Below, one piece after another: positions 56,901 through 64,000 of a stretch of DNA of 64,000 nt; position 1 is the stretch's first letter; every line of letters starts with the position of its first letter. The DNA comes from an uncultured Candidatus Saccharibacteria bacterium (GTDB lineage: Bacteria > Patescibacteriota > CALEFQ01). The stretch is from the NCBI GenBank assembly GCA_965230955.1, contig OZ246404.1:225184-289183 (forward strand), read 5' to 3'. The notes below the pieces were generated by a model. It ran no database searches. It was not told where the DNA came from and was given only the letters and a program-made list of their open reading frames with translations. A program made the position numbers and the translations under genes.

Positions 56901-57812
56901 TTCCCGATTGGACATTCGCGATTTGTCGTTTGACTGCGGCGGCATCGGTTGCGTCTGAACCGGTATTTCCGGCGAGCGTCCCGGACGCAAACTGGCACCT
57001 CGCTCCTGTTGCTGTTTCCAGTAGGGTGAGGTATTCACTTCTTGCGGGTTTTCTTGAGAGATCAGCCCGATTTGGTCTTTGAGCGTGTCTTTGCCCAAAA
57101 CCTTGAATTCTTGGCGTGTGGGGAGGTGTCCTTTGTCTTTCTTGAAACTGAGGAAGCTTTGCTTCAATCGTTCAATCTGCCTGCCCAGCGTATCTTCCGA
57201 AATTATCCGCGATCCTTTGAATATATCATTCAAATCAACGAGGCTGGCCGGTTTTTCCGGAATTTCCCCGTTGTTATTTTCCATTTCTGTGAAAAGTTTG
57301 TCCAGTGCTTGGGCTAGTTTTTCCTGCAGGTATTCGGCGGTTTGTTCGCGGGTGGCTTCGACTCTGATCGGTGCTTCGTGGGGGAGGCGAGGACGTTTTT
57401 CGGCCACCGGTTGTTCCTCGATTTTTCCTTTTTCCGGAGGTTGTCCCTCGGGAATTTCCGGCTCGGGCTGGGGCTGTCTTTTTTCTCCGGTGTTGTCCAA
57501 TTGTTGCCGAATTTCTTCTTGCTTTCCTTCCAGTTCGCGGACTTCCTCGACCGTTTGCGGCTCTTCGCTGAATTCTGCCGGCGGCTCGGGAAATTCCTGC
57601 TGGAAAGTTTGTTCCGTTTGTTCGAGATTTTGTTTGTCTTCTTGGGCGGCCGGTCGCAGATCGGTCAGTGTTTCATCAATGTAATTGGCTTGTTCTTCCA
57701 AGCGTTCTTCTTCGGTGAAAGGCGGTTCGGACGGTTTTCCCTCTTGTCCTTCGGCGGATTGTTCTTGCTCCAGGCTGTCCGGAGTTTCCGGACTGTAATC
57801 TTTTGAAGTCAT
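56895..57812 (-). CDS. highly acidic Glu/Pro/Gln-rich low-complexity protein
   Basis: 305-aa ORF with more than 25% E+Q+P, e.g. ...EEPQTVEEVRELEGKQEEIRQQL.... No catalytic motif. Confidence 0.4.
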   Translation of the reverse strand: MTSKDYSPETPDSLEQEQSAEGQEGKPSEPPFTEEERLEEQANYIDETLTDLRPAAQEDKQNLEQTEQTFQQEFPEPPAEFSEEPQTVEEVRELEGKQEEIRQQLDNTGEKRQPQPEPEIPEGQPPEKGKIEEQPVAEKRPRLPHEAPIRVEATREQTAEYLQEKLAQALDKLFTEMENNNGEIPEKPASLVDLNDIFKGSRIISEDTLGRQIERLKQSFLSFKKDKGHLPTRQEFKVLGKDTLKDQIGLISQENPQEVNTSPYWKQQQERGASLRPGRSPEIPVQTQPMPPQSNDKSRMSNREK

Positions 57813-57910
57813 ATGTTTTTGATTAGGAAAAGTAGCATCTTTATTATGTTTTAAAAAGACATCACTGTCAATCTTGGCGGAAGCATTATTAGATGCTAGA
57901 CTTCACCAAT

Positions 57911-58522
57911 ATGATGGATAAATTAATCGACAAATTGGTTGCTGACGGGAAGCTGAAAACCCCCGTTATTATTCAAGCCTGGCGTCAAATCGACCGTGTC
58001 GACTTTGTGGCTGAGGATCAGAAACTTCATGCTTACGAGGATCGGCCCTTGTCGATCGGTTTCGGCCAGACAATTTCCCAACCGACCACGGTGGCTTTCA
58101 TGTTGGAATTATTGGATCCGCGTCCGGGACAAAAGATTTTGGACGTGGGTACCGGTTCGGCTTGGCAATCTGCCTTGCTGGGTCAGATAGTGGGCGAGTC
58201 GGGGAAAGTATACGGCGTTGAAAGAATTGAGACATTGCGGGCTCTCGGACAGAGTCGCCTTAAGCGCGCGGGCGTCAAAAACGTGGAAATCAATTTAGCG
58301 GTCAATCCGGTTGGCTGGCCGGCTGAAGCGCCCTATGATCGGATCATTTGCGCTGCGGCCGCGTCCGAGGCGCCGCGTGAACTTTTGGCACAGCTGAAAA
58401 TAAAGGGCAAAGCCGTTCTGCCGATCAATAACAGTATTTTCTATTTTGAGCGTAAAACTAAAGACGATTTTATTTCCCGGGAGTATCCGGGGTTTATGTT
58501 TGTACCCTTAATTAGTCGTTAG
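57911..58522 (+). CDS. pcm: protein-L-isoaspartate O-methyltransferase
   Basis: GQTISQPTTVAFMLELLD...LDVGTGSAWQSALL. Confidence 0.75.
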   Translation: MMDKLIDKLVADGKLKTPVIIQAWRQIDRVDFVAEDQKLHAYEDRPLSIGFGQTISQPTTVAFMLELLDPRPGQKILDVGTGSAWQSALLGQIVGESGKVYGVERIETLRALGQSRLKRAGVKNVEINLAVNPVGWPAEAPYDRIICAAAASEAPRELLAQLKIKGKAVLPINNSIFYFERKTKDDFISREYPGFMFVPLISR

Positions 58523-58612
58523 TCATTGGTCTTTAGTCTTTAGCCGGCAAATACCACGCGAAACGGATTTTTGAAAGCTAAAGACAAAAGACCAAAGACA
58601 AAAGACCAATCT
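58505..58612 (+). repeat. repeat hairpin (gtcattggtctttagtctttagc ... gctaaagacaaaagaccaaagacaaaagaccaat) between pcm and the next gene's ATG
   Basis: Imperfect inverted arms of about 30 nt. It ends 2 nt before the ATG at 58614. Confidence 0.5.
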
Positions 58613-58613
58613 C

Positions 58614-59696
58614 ATGAAAATCGTCATCTTTGCCGGCGGGGCGGGTACCAGGCTGTGGCCGCTCAGCCGCAAAAAAACACCCAAGCAATTCGATCCCATG
58701 TTTGAGGGCAAATCTACGCTCCAGCTGGCGGGGGAAAGGATCAAAAAGCTGGTTAGCTGGAGTGATGTTTATATTTCCACGCTGGATCAATATGCGCCGA
58801 TCGTTCGTCAGCAACTGCCGGAAATTCCCGATGAAAATATCATTACCGAGCCGGCTCGTCGGGATGTGGCTCCGGCAATCGGTTTGGCGATGATGAAGTT
58901 GCGTGATGTCGGCTCGGAACCGGTGGCGATTCTGTGGAGCGATCATTTGATGGATCGGCCCAAAGCTTTTCGGCGGGGATTGACGGTGGCGGAAAGTTTG
59001 ATCAAAAAAGATCCAGAGCGATTTATTTTCTTTGGCGAGCGGCCGCGGTATGCCGAACAAAATTTAGGCTGGATTCATATCGGAGCGATTCAACAAAAAA
59101 ACAAAGGGATTCCTCTGCGGTCTTTTCGGGGCTGGTTTTACCGGCCGCCCTTGATCAAATGCCGGAAAATGTTCGCTTCCAAGAAGTGGATTTGGAATCC
59201 GGGGTATTGGGTGACGACGCCGAATTTTGTGCTGGAGCAATTCCGTCTCAAACAGCCGGCGATGTATCGCCAATTGCAAACTATCGGACGAGCTCTGGGG
59301 ACTTCACGCGAGGGAAAAGTTTTAAAGCGCGTTTATCCGACTCTGGAAAAAGTTCATTTTGACAATGCTATCTTGGAAAAAATGAAGCCGAGCCAGGCCG
59401 TGGTTCTGCAATTGGATATGGGCTGGAGCGATCCCGGGACTCTTTACGCCATCAAAGAAGCCCTGCAAGCGTCAAAGTTAGCCAATGTTACCCGCGGCGC
59501 GGTTTTACCGTTTAATACCAAGGATTGTCTGCTCTTTAATGATGAACCGAAAAAATTATTAGCGGCGGTCGGTTTGGAAGGTATCATTGTGGTAGAAACA
59601 AAAGATGCTCTCTTGGTTGTGCATAAGGATCGTGTCCCGGAAGTGAAAAAAATGGTAGAATCTCTGGAGCACACTTCCTGGTCTCATTTGCTATAA
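58614..59696 (+). CDS. sugar-phosphate nucleotidyltransferase (mannose-1-phosphate guanylyltransferase-like)
   Basis: MKIVIFAGGAGTRLWPLSRKKTPKQF. Confidence 0.8.
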   Translation: MKIVIFAGGAGTRLWPLSRKKTPKQFDPMFEGKSTLQLAGERIKKLVSWSDVYISTLDQYAPIVRQQLPEIPDENIITEPARRDVAPAIGLAMMKLRDVGSEPVAILWSDHLMDRPKAFRRGLTVAESLIKKDPERFIFFGERPRYAEQNLGWIHIGAIQQKNKGIPLRSFRGWFYRPPLIKCRKMFASKKWIWNPGYWVTTPNFVLEQFRLKQPAMYRQLQTIGRALGTSREGKVLKRVYPTLEKVHFDNAILEKMKPSQAVVLQLDMGWSDPGTLYAIKEALQASKLANVTRGAVLPFNTKDCLLFNDEPKKLLAAVGLEGIIVVETKDALLVVHKDRVPEVKKMVESLEHTSWSHLL

Positions 59697-59705
59697 ATTT
59701 TTACG

Positions 59706-60812
59706 ATGCTCAATCTTCCCGACACCGAAAGTCCGACGGCCGGCCCGACTCGGCGTAAGTTATTTATCTTGATCGCTGTCGTTGTAGCGATTTTTTTGGT
59801 ACTGGCGATCGGTTATCTCTGGATGGAATATGCGGTCAAGACGCCGCTTGATCAGAATAACGCTCCCACCAAAAAAATCACCGTGTCGGCGGGATCGGGC
59901 GTGGCCGAAATCGGTGATCAGCTGGTGGATCAGCAAATAATTTCCGGCACCCTGCCTTTTAAATACTACGTTTGGAAGACCGGTAAAAAGAAAGATTTCA
60001 AAGCCGGTATTTATGAAATCAGTCCCAGCCAAAACATCATTGAAATCACGGATTCATTGAGCGGCGTTATGTCGGGTGAGATCCGGGTGACTGTCGTCGA
60101 AGGTTGGTCGAACAAGGCAATTCGGACGGTCTTGAGCGAGAAAATGTCCCTGCCGGCGGAAGGACAAGCTATCACCTTAGCCCAAAGAGAGGCCAAAGAC
60201 CGAGATTTTGATGAAGCGGTCAGCGCCCAATATAATTATGATTGGCTGAATGATGTCCCGCCCTCCCAAAAATTGGAAGGCTATTTGTTCCCGGATACTT
60301 ATCGTTTTTTCCGTGAAGCGCCCATGACGGAAGTGGTGGGAAAAATGTTGCATAACTTCGACCAAAAATTAACCGATGAGCGCCGAGAAAAAATCGTCGC
60401 CAGCGGTTGGACGATTAATCAGGTGATTACTCTCGCCAGTATCGTGCAAAAAGAATCGGTTGATGAAGATATGCCGAAAATCGCCGGAGTTTTTATCCGG
60501 CGTCTCCAAGAAAACCGGCGTTTGGAATCCGATGCCACGGTCAACTATGTTACCGGAAAGGGGGAGCGCCAGCCGTCGCTTGAGGATACGCGCCTGGATT
60601 CGCCCTATAATACTTATCGCCATGAAGGTTTGCCGCCCGGGCCGATTTGTAATCCGGGTCTGACCGCGATCGATGCGGTCTTGAATCCCGAAACGACCGA
60701 ATATCGGTATTTTCTCAATGCTCCGGACGGGCGGACTATTTACAGCCGGACTTATGAGGAGCACCTGGATAACAAGAAAAAATATCTGGATCAGGCGGAA
60801 GAGATCGAATAA
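59706..60812 (+). CDS. mltG: endolytic murein transglycosylase MltG (YceG-like)
   Basis: N-terminal TM segment. YceG core ...ESDATVNYVTGK...YNTYRHEGLPPGPICNPG. Confidence 0.8.
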   Translation: MLNLPDTESPTAGPTRRKLFILIAVVVAIFLVLAIGYLWMEYAVKTPLDQNNAPTKKITVSAGSGVAEIGDQLVDQQIISGTLPFKYYVWKTGKKKDFKAGIYEISPSQNIIEITDSLSGVMSGEIRVTVVEGWSNKAIRTVLSEKMSLPAEGQAITLAQREAKDRDFDEAVSAQYNYDWLNDVPPSQKLEGYLFPDTYRFFREAPMTEVVGKMLHNFDQKLTDERREKIVASGWTINQVITLASIVQKESVDEDMPKIAGVFIRRLQENRRLESDATVNYVTGKGERQPSLEDTRLDSPYNTYRHEGLPPGPICNPGLTAIDAVLNPETTEYRYFLNAPDGRTIYSRTYEEHLDNKKKYLDQAEEIE

Positions 60813-60823
60813 ATAAGCCTTTC

Positions 60824-60851
60824 TTGACAGTGCCCGGGTATCTGTTACAAT
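60824..60851 (+). promoter_or_regulatory. sigma70-like promoter heading the rplJ leader
   Basis: TTGACA - 16 nt spacer - TACAAT. Confidence 0.45.
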
Positions 60852-60931
60852 CTACTCACAACCTACTAATCGCGTCCGTAGACCGTCGGTGTCCCTTATC
60901 TAAGGGAATAAATCCGACGCAGGCGTTGAGT

Positions 60932-61037
60932 AAGAACATTAAGAATATTAAGATATTAAGAATGTTAAGAGTTGGGTGGCCATCATAACTCCAACCTCTT
61001 AATTATCTTAATATCTTAATACTCTTAATATCTTATT
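60932..61037 (+). repeat. long repeat hairpin of TATTAAGA-type octamers (arms of about 44 nt, loop gtggccatcataact) inside the rplJ leader
   Basis: aagaacattaagaatattaagatattaagaatgttaagagttgg ... ccaacctcttaattatcttaatatcttaatactcttaatatctt. Confidence 0.55.
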
Positions 61038-61039
61038 TC

Positions 61040-61062
61040 GCCTGCGGATGCAGGCATTTTTT
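61040..61062 (+). terminator. attenuator-like intrinsic terminator in the rplJ leader
   Basis: gcctgc-ggat-gcaggc followed by ATTTTTT, about 100 nt upstream of the rplJ ATG. Confidence 0.4.
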
Positions 61063-61159
61063 AATCCACCTTCACCCCTCGATGACTCGGGGCTTCGGTG
61101 GATTTCCGCCTGAAAGTTATTATTAATCTTCGGCCCTGGGCCGTACATGCTTCAATCAT

Positions 61160-61687
61160 ATGGCTATTACCCGTCAGGAAAAAGAAGAGATCGTAAAAAA
61201 ACTAGTTGATAAATTCAACAGCGCCGAAGCGGTTGTTTTTATGGATTACGCCGGCATGACGGTGGCTGATTTCGGTAAATTGCGCAAAGAATTGCGCAAA
61301 ACCAATGGTTCCGTGCTCATCGCTAAAAATACTTTGGTCAAGCGGGCGCTGGATAAATCTGATCGTAAGGGACTCAAGATCGAGCAATTCAAAGGCCCGA
61401 TTGCGCTGGCTTTTTCCGGTGATGATGTCGTGGCACCGGCTCGTTTGATCCAAAAACTTGCCAAAGAGCAGAAGAAAAACCGCATTATGAAAGGTCTGCT
61501 GGAAAACAAGCTGATTGAGAAGACGGCGGTTGTTTCACTGGCTCAATTGCCGACCAAGCCTGAAATGCTTGGCAAACTGGTAGGTACCATTCAGGCTCCG
61601 ATTTCCGGCTTTGTTAACGTATTAGCCGGTAATTTAAGAGGTTTAGTTCAAGTCTTATCCGCAATTAAGGACGCTAAAAGCGCTTAA
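61160..61687 (+). CDS. rplJ: 50S ribosomal protein L10
   Basis: MAITRQEKEEIVKKLVDKFNSAEAVVFMDYAGMTVADFGKLR. Confidence 0.9.
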   Translation: MAITRQEKEEIVKKLVDKFNSAEAVVFMDYAGMTVADFGKLRKELRKTNGSVLIAKNTLVKRALDKSDRKGLKIEQFKGPIALAFSGDDVVAPARLIQKLAKEQKKNRIMKGLLENKLIEKTAVVSLAQLPTKPEMLGKLVGTIQAPISGFVNVLAGNLRGLVQVLSAIKDAKSA

Positions 61688-61722
61688 TATTTATTTAAGC
61701 CTTAGCGCATAATTTAAATCGT

Positions 61723-62151
61723 ATGGTAGAAGAAGCAAAAGCCGCTGCTCCCGAAGCAGCGAAGAAAGATGTCGTTGTTCCCGAGAAATTCAAAAATCTC
61801 GTGTCCGAAATCGAAAAGATGAATGTTCTCGATCTCTCGGAACTGGTCAAAGTTCTGGAAGATAAATTTGGCGTTTCCGCTTCCGCTCCGATGGCCATGG
61901 CCGCCGCTCCGGCTGGCGCTGGTGCCGAAGTTGAAGAAAAGACCGAATTCGATTTGGAATTGGCTGCCGCCGGTACCCAGAAAATTCAAGTGATCAAGGT
62001 GATCCGCGAATTGACCGGTAAAGGTTTAAAAGAAGCGAAAGACATCTGTGATGGCGCGCCGAAGATTGTCAAAGAAAAGATGCCGAAAAAAGATGCCGAA
62101 GAAGCCAAGAAGAAAATCGAAGCCGCCGGCGGAAAAGCGAATTTGAAATAA
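61723..62151 (+). CDS. rplL: 50S ribosomal protein L7/L12
   Basis: Ala-rich hinge [13 protein letters not shown]-terminal domain [16 protein letters not shown]. Confidence 0.9.
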   Translation: MVEEAKAAAPEAAKKDVVVPEKFKNLVSEIEKMNVLDLSELVKVLEDKFGVSASAPMAMAAAPAGAGAEVEEKTEFDLELAAAGTQKIQVIKVIRELTGKGLKEAKDICDGAPKIVKEKMPKKDAEEAKKKIEAAGGKANLK

Positions 62152-62173
62152 CAGATTGTGTGTGGACGATAGC

Positions 62174-62208
62174 CGAAAAACCACCCCTCTTGACGGGGTG
62201 GTTTTTGT
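62174..62208 (+). terminator. intrinsic terminator after rplL
   Basis: aaaaaccacccc-tcttgac-ggggtggttttt. Confidence 0.6.
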
Positions 62209-62361
62209 CTAGTTGACATAGTTTGTCCACAGTGCTATAATTATCATGTAAAAAGAAATTGTTCTGGCCTGAATACTTTATTTGGTATTTACCTTTTATA
62301 TTAATAAGTATTTAGCCGCTATAGATGGCTTTTTTTAGCTATATATAGCCAAATTACAAAC

Positions 62362-64000
62362 ATGACAAAGCGAAACACTTACATTGTAACCGCCATTGTG
62401 GTGGCCTGCGTGGTCATCGGGGTGGTGGTTTATGCTAACTGGGATAATCTCCGAACGGCCATTGGGCTTGGTGGGGAATTTAACACCGGCTGGGTTGAAT
62501 TGCGCGACGGTACAACGGTTGCTGGCACGACCTATCAGGTGACCCAGAATCCGGCTGATCCCGATACCGAACCGGTATTGATGCCGGCCTATGCTCCGTT
62601 TAACGGCAAGATTTCCCGTTGGGATGTTGGTGAAGGAAGCTGGGCTGATCGGGAAGGTCCGATTGTCATGTCCTTAGGCAATGATTTCCCGACTGGCAGT
62701 TTCAATGTCAAAATGAAATTGAAATATGCCGGCTCGCAACCGACTCAGGCTGAGCCGTTATTGATAGAAACTCTTGATGCGGCCGGGGCTCTCAAAAGTA
62801 CGATGACAATCCGAGACGGTGAAAGTAATTGTAATCGAGATAATACCGATTGGGTTGATGTCGATTCCAATTGCAGTTCCGGCGGCGGTACGCCTTTGAA
62901 ATTAGAATTTGTGAAAAATGGAAAAATCAGATTCACCGCTACTCAAGGAAGTTTGAACATTGGTGGAATAGAAATATCCGGGCAAACCGGTTTGCAGGGG
63001 CCAAATGTTGATATTCCCAAAACTGCCGATAAATCTCAAATTCAGCCCACAGAAGACATGAAATTCACTTTTACGATCAAGAACTTGACTGCCCAAACGG
63101 CGACCAAGGTTTTTCTGTATGAGACTTTTATGGATGGAAATCTGGATGGCATGATTAACATGGATACCAGTACGATCAGCACCCCGGGTGGAACTCCAGT
63201 GACTTTAAGTAGCCTGGGTACTTGCGCCGGGACTCCTGAAGCCGGCGGCTACTGTTTTATGGATTTAGGCGGTGCTGCGGGTGTGCCCGACACGCTGGTC
63301 GCTTACTTGCCGACTTTAAATGCAAGTGCTTCAATACCGATCAATCTCACTTTCAAACCAAAAGTTGCTGGCTTTGAAGCCAAAACCTATACCAATTATG
63401 TCGGTATTACTTCCCAAGAAATGAATGCCAGCAATACCTCTTTCCCCAGCGCGATTTTAGAAGAGATTGCTCATACGAATCCCAAACCATGGACTTGGAA
63501 GACCAGTTCCGCGCCGGTTAAGGTTATTGGTGGCGTAACGCCTCCGGGCGCTCTTTTGCTCGATAAAACACCCGCGACACAAACTGTGGCGCAAGGCGCT
63601 GCCGCTATTTTCGAAGTAAAAATGGGCAATTCAACCGCGGTACCCCAAAGCCAGGTTTTCTTCTGGGATACCTGGGCTGATGATCCGTCTAATCCTAATT
63701 CCAATAAGAATTTAGATCAGCAGGTCGATTCGGTCTGGATAAACATTCCCGGTTCCACCTCAGATTATGTTCAGTTGACGGGAGCCAAACCTGATTATTC
63801 CAATTGCGGAGGAACGGCCGAATTAGCGGCTTGTTATATTGATATTGATGCTGATGGCGCCGGTGACACGATCTTGATGTATACCAATCAGGCCTTGGGA
63901 CAATTCCCGTTGACTAAAATGTTTGACCTTAAGTTTAATTTCAAAAGTACGGCCGCGCTTGAAACTTATACCAATCATGTCGGTGTGACCTCTAAAGAAA
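62362..64000 (+). CDS. large surface/secreted protein with repeated DUF11-like (conserved repeat domain) modules. 3' partial: it continues past the window end and is not in the ORF track.
   Basis: Hand translation of frame +1 from the ATG at 62362 shows no stop through 63999. N-terminal TM/signal YIVTAIVVACVVIGVVVY. Repeat ends KTYTNYVGITSQEMNASN and ETYTNHVGVTSKE resemble the DUF11/TIGR01451 terminal consensus. Confidence 0.55.
   Translation, partial: MTKRNTYIVTAIVVACVVIGVVVYANWDNLRTAIGLGGEFNTGWVELRDGTTVAGTTYQVTQNPADPDTEPVLMPAYAPFNGKISRWDVGEGSWADREGPIVMSLGNDFPTGSFNVKMKLKYAGSQPTQAEPLLIETLDAAGALKSTMTIRDGESNCNRDNTDWVDVDSNCSSGGGTPLKLEFVKNGKIRFTATQGSLNIGGIEISGQTGLQGPNVDIPKTADKSQIQPTEDMKFTFTIKNLTAQTATKVFLYETFMDGNLDGMINMDTSTISTPGGTPVTLSSLGTCAGTPEAGGYCFMDLGGAAGVPDTLVAYLPTLNASASIPINLTFKPKVAGFEAKTYTNYVGITSQEMNASNTSFPSAILEEIAHTNPKPWTWKTSSAPVKVIGGVTPPGALLLDKTPATQTVAQGAAAIFEVKMGNSTAVPQSQVFFWDTWADDPSNPNSNKNLDQQVDSVWINIPGSTSDYVQLTGAKPDYSNCGGTAELAACYIDIDADGAGDTILMYTNQALGQFPLTKMFDLKFNFKSTAALETYTNHVGVTSKE

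Noticed and set aside
57079-57806. Plus-strand ORFs of 150-200 aa rich in Ser/Cys/Phe
   Set aside because: Mirror images of the acidic low-complexity gene on the minus strand. Repetitive codons generate antisense ORFs.

Overview
The window looks like a compact, gene-dense bacterial chromosome segment, possibly from a reduced-genome CPR/Patescibacteria-like organism; that lineage call is an inference from gene content only. The code is standard: TGA is used as a stop, and prfA (RF1) with prmC is present. About 60 protein genes were called, mostly housekeeping: pheS/pheT, gyrB, secE-nusG-rplK, rplA, gatB, miaA/miaB, thrS, dnaE, ftsW/rodA, rplY, prfA-prmC-rpmE, rpsB-tsf-pyrH, trxB, a GGPP synthase-ispH-ispG-uppS isoprenoid cluster, pcm, mltG and rplJ-rplL. 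There are also three tRNAs (Thr-TGT, Tyr-GTA, Trp-CCA) and rpmG. A large DUF11-repeat surface protein, absent from the ORF track, runs off the 3' end. No transposase, integrase or CRISPR array is visible. Six things stand out. (1) A roughly 6.6 kb island splits the rplK-rplA pair. It encodes an APH-fold kinase, an RfaE-II-like nucleotidyltransferase, HIT and NUDIX hydrolases, a dCMP deaminase and a ThyA-fold enzyme (each carrying an unexplained N-terminal extension of about 160-195 aa), and a GT4 glycosyltransferase. A DNPH1/Rcl-like N-glycosidase lies just after rplA. (2) A dispersed family of AT-rich short tandem repeats (TATTAAGA, ATAAGAT, CAAAAGT and CCAAAGAC units) lies in at least 12 intergenic sites. 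The copies are often arranged as long imperfect inverted repeats whose mismatches are G-U compatible on one strand only. (3) A T-box-like leader with its own promoter and terminator precedes thrS. (4) A promoter/terminator cassette is duplicated around small membrane-protein genes and a 218-aa unknown protein. (5) A promoter, repeat hairpin and attenuator precede rplJ. (6) tRNA-Tyr is flanked by a perfect 15-bp inverted repeat.
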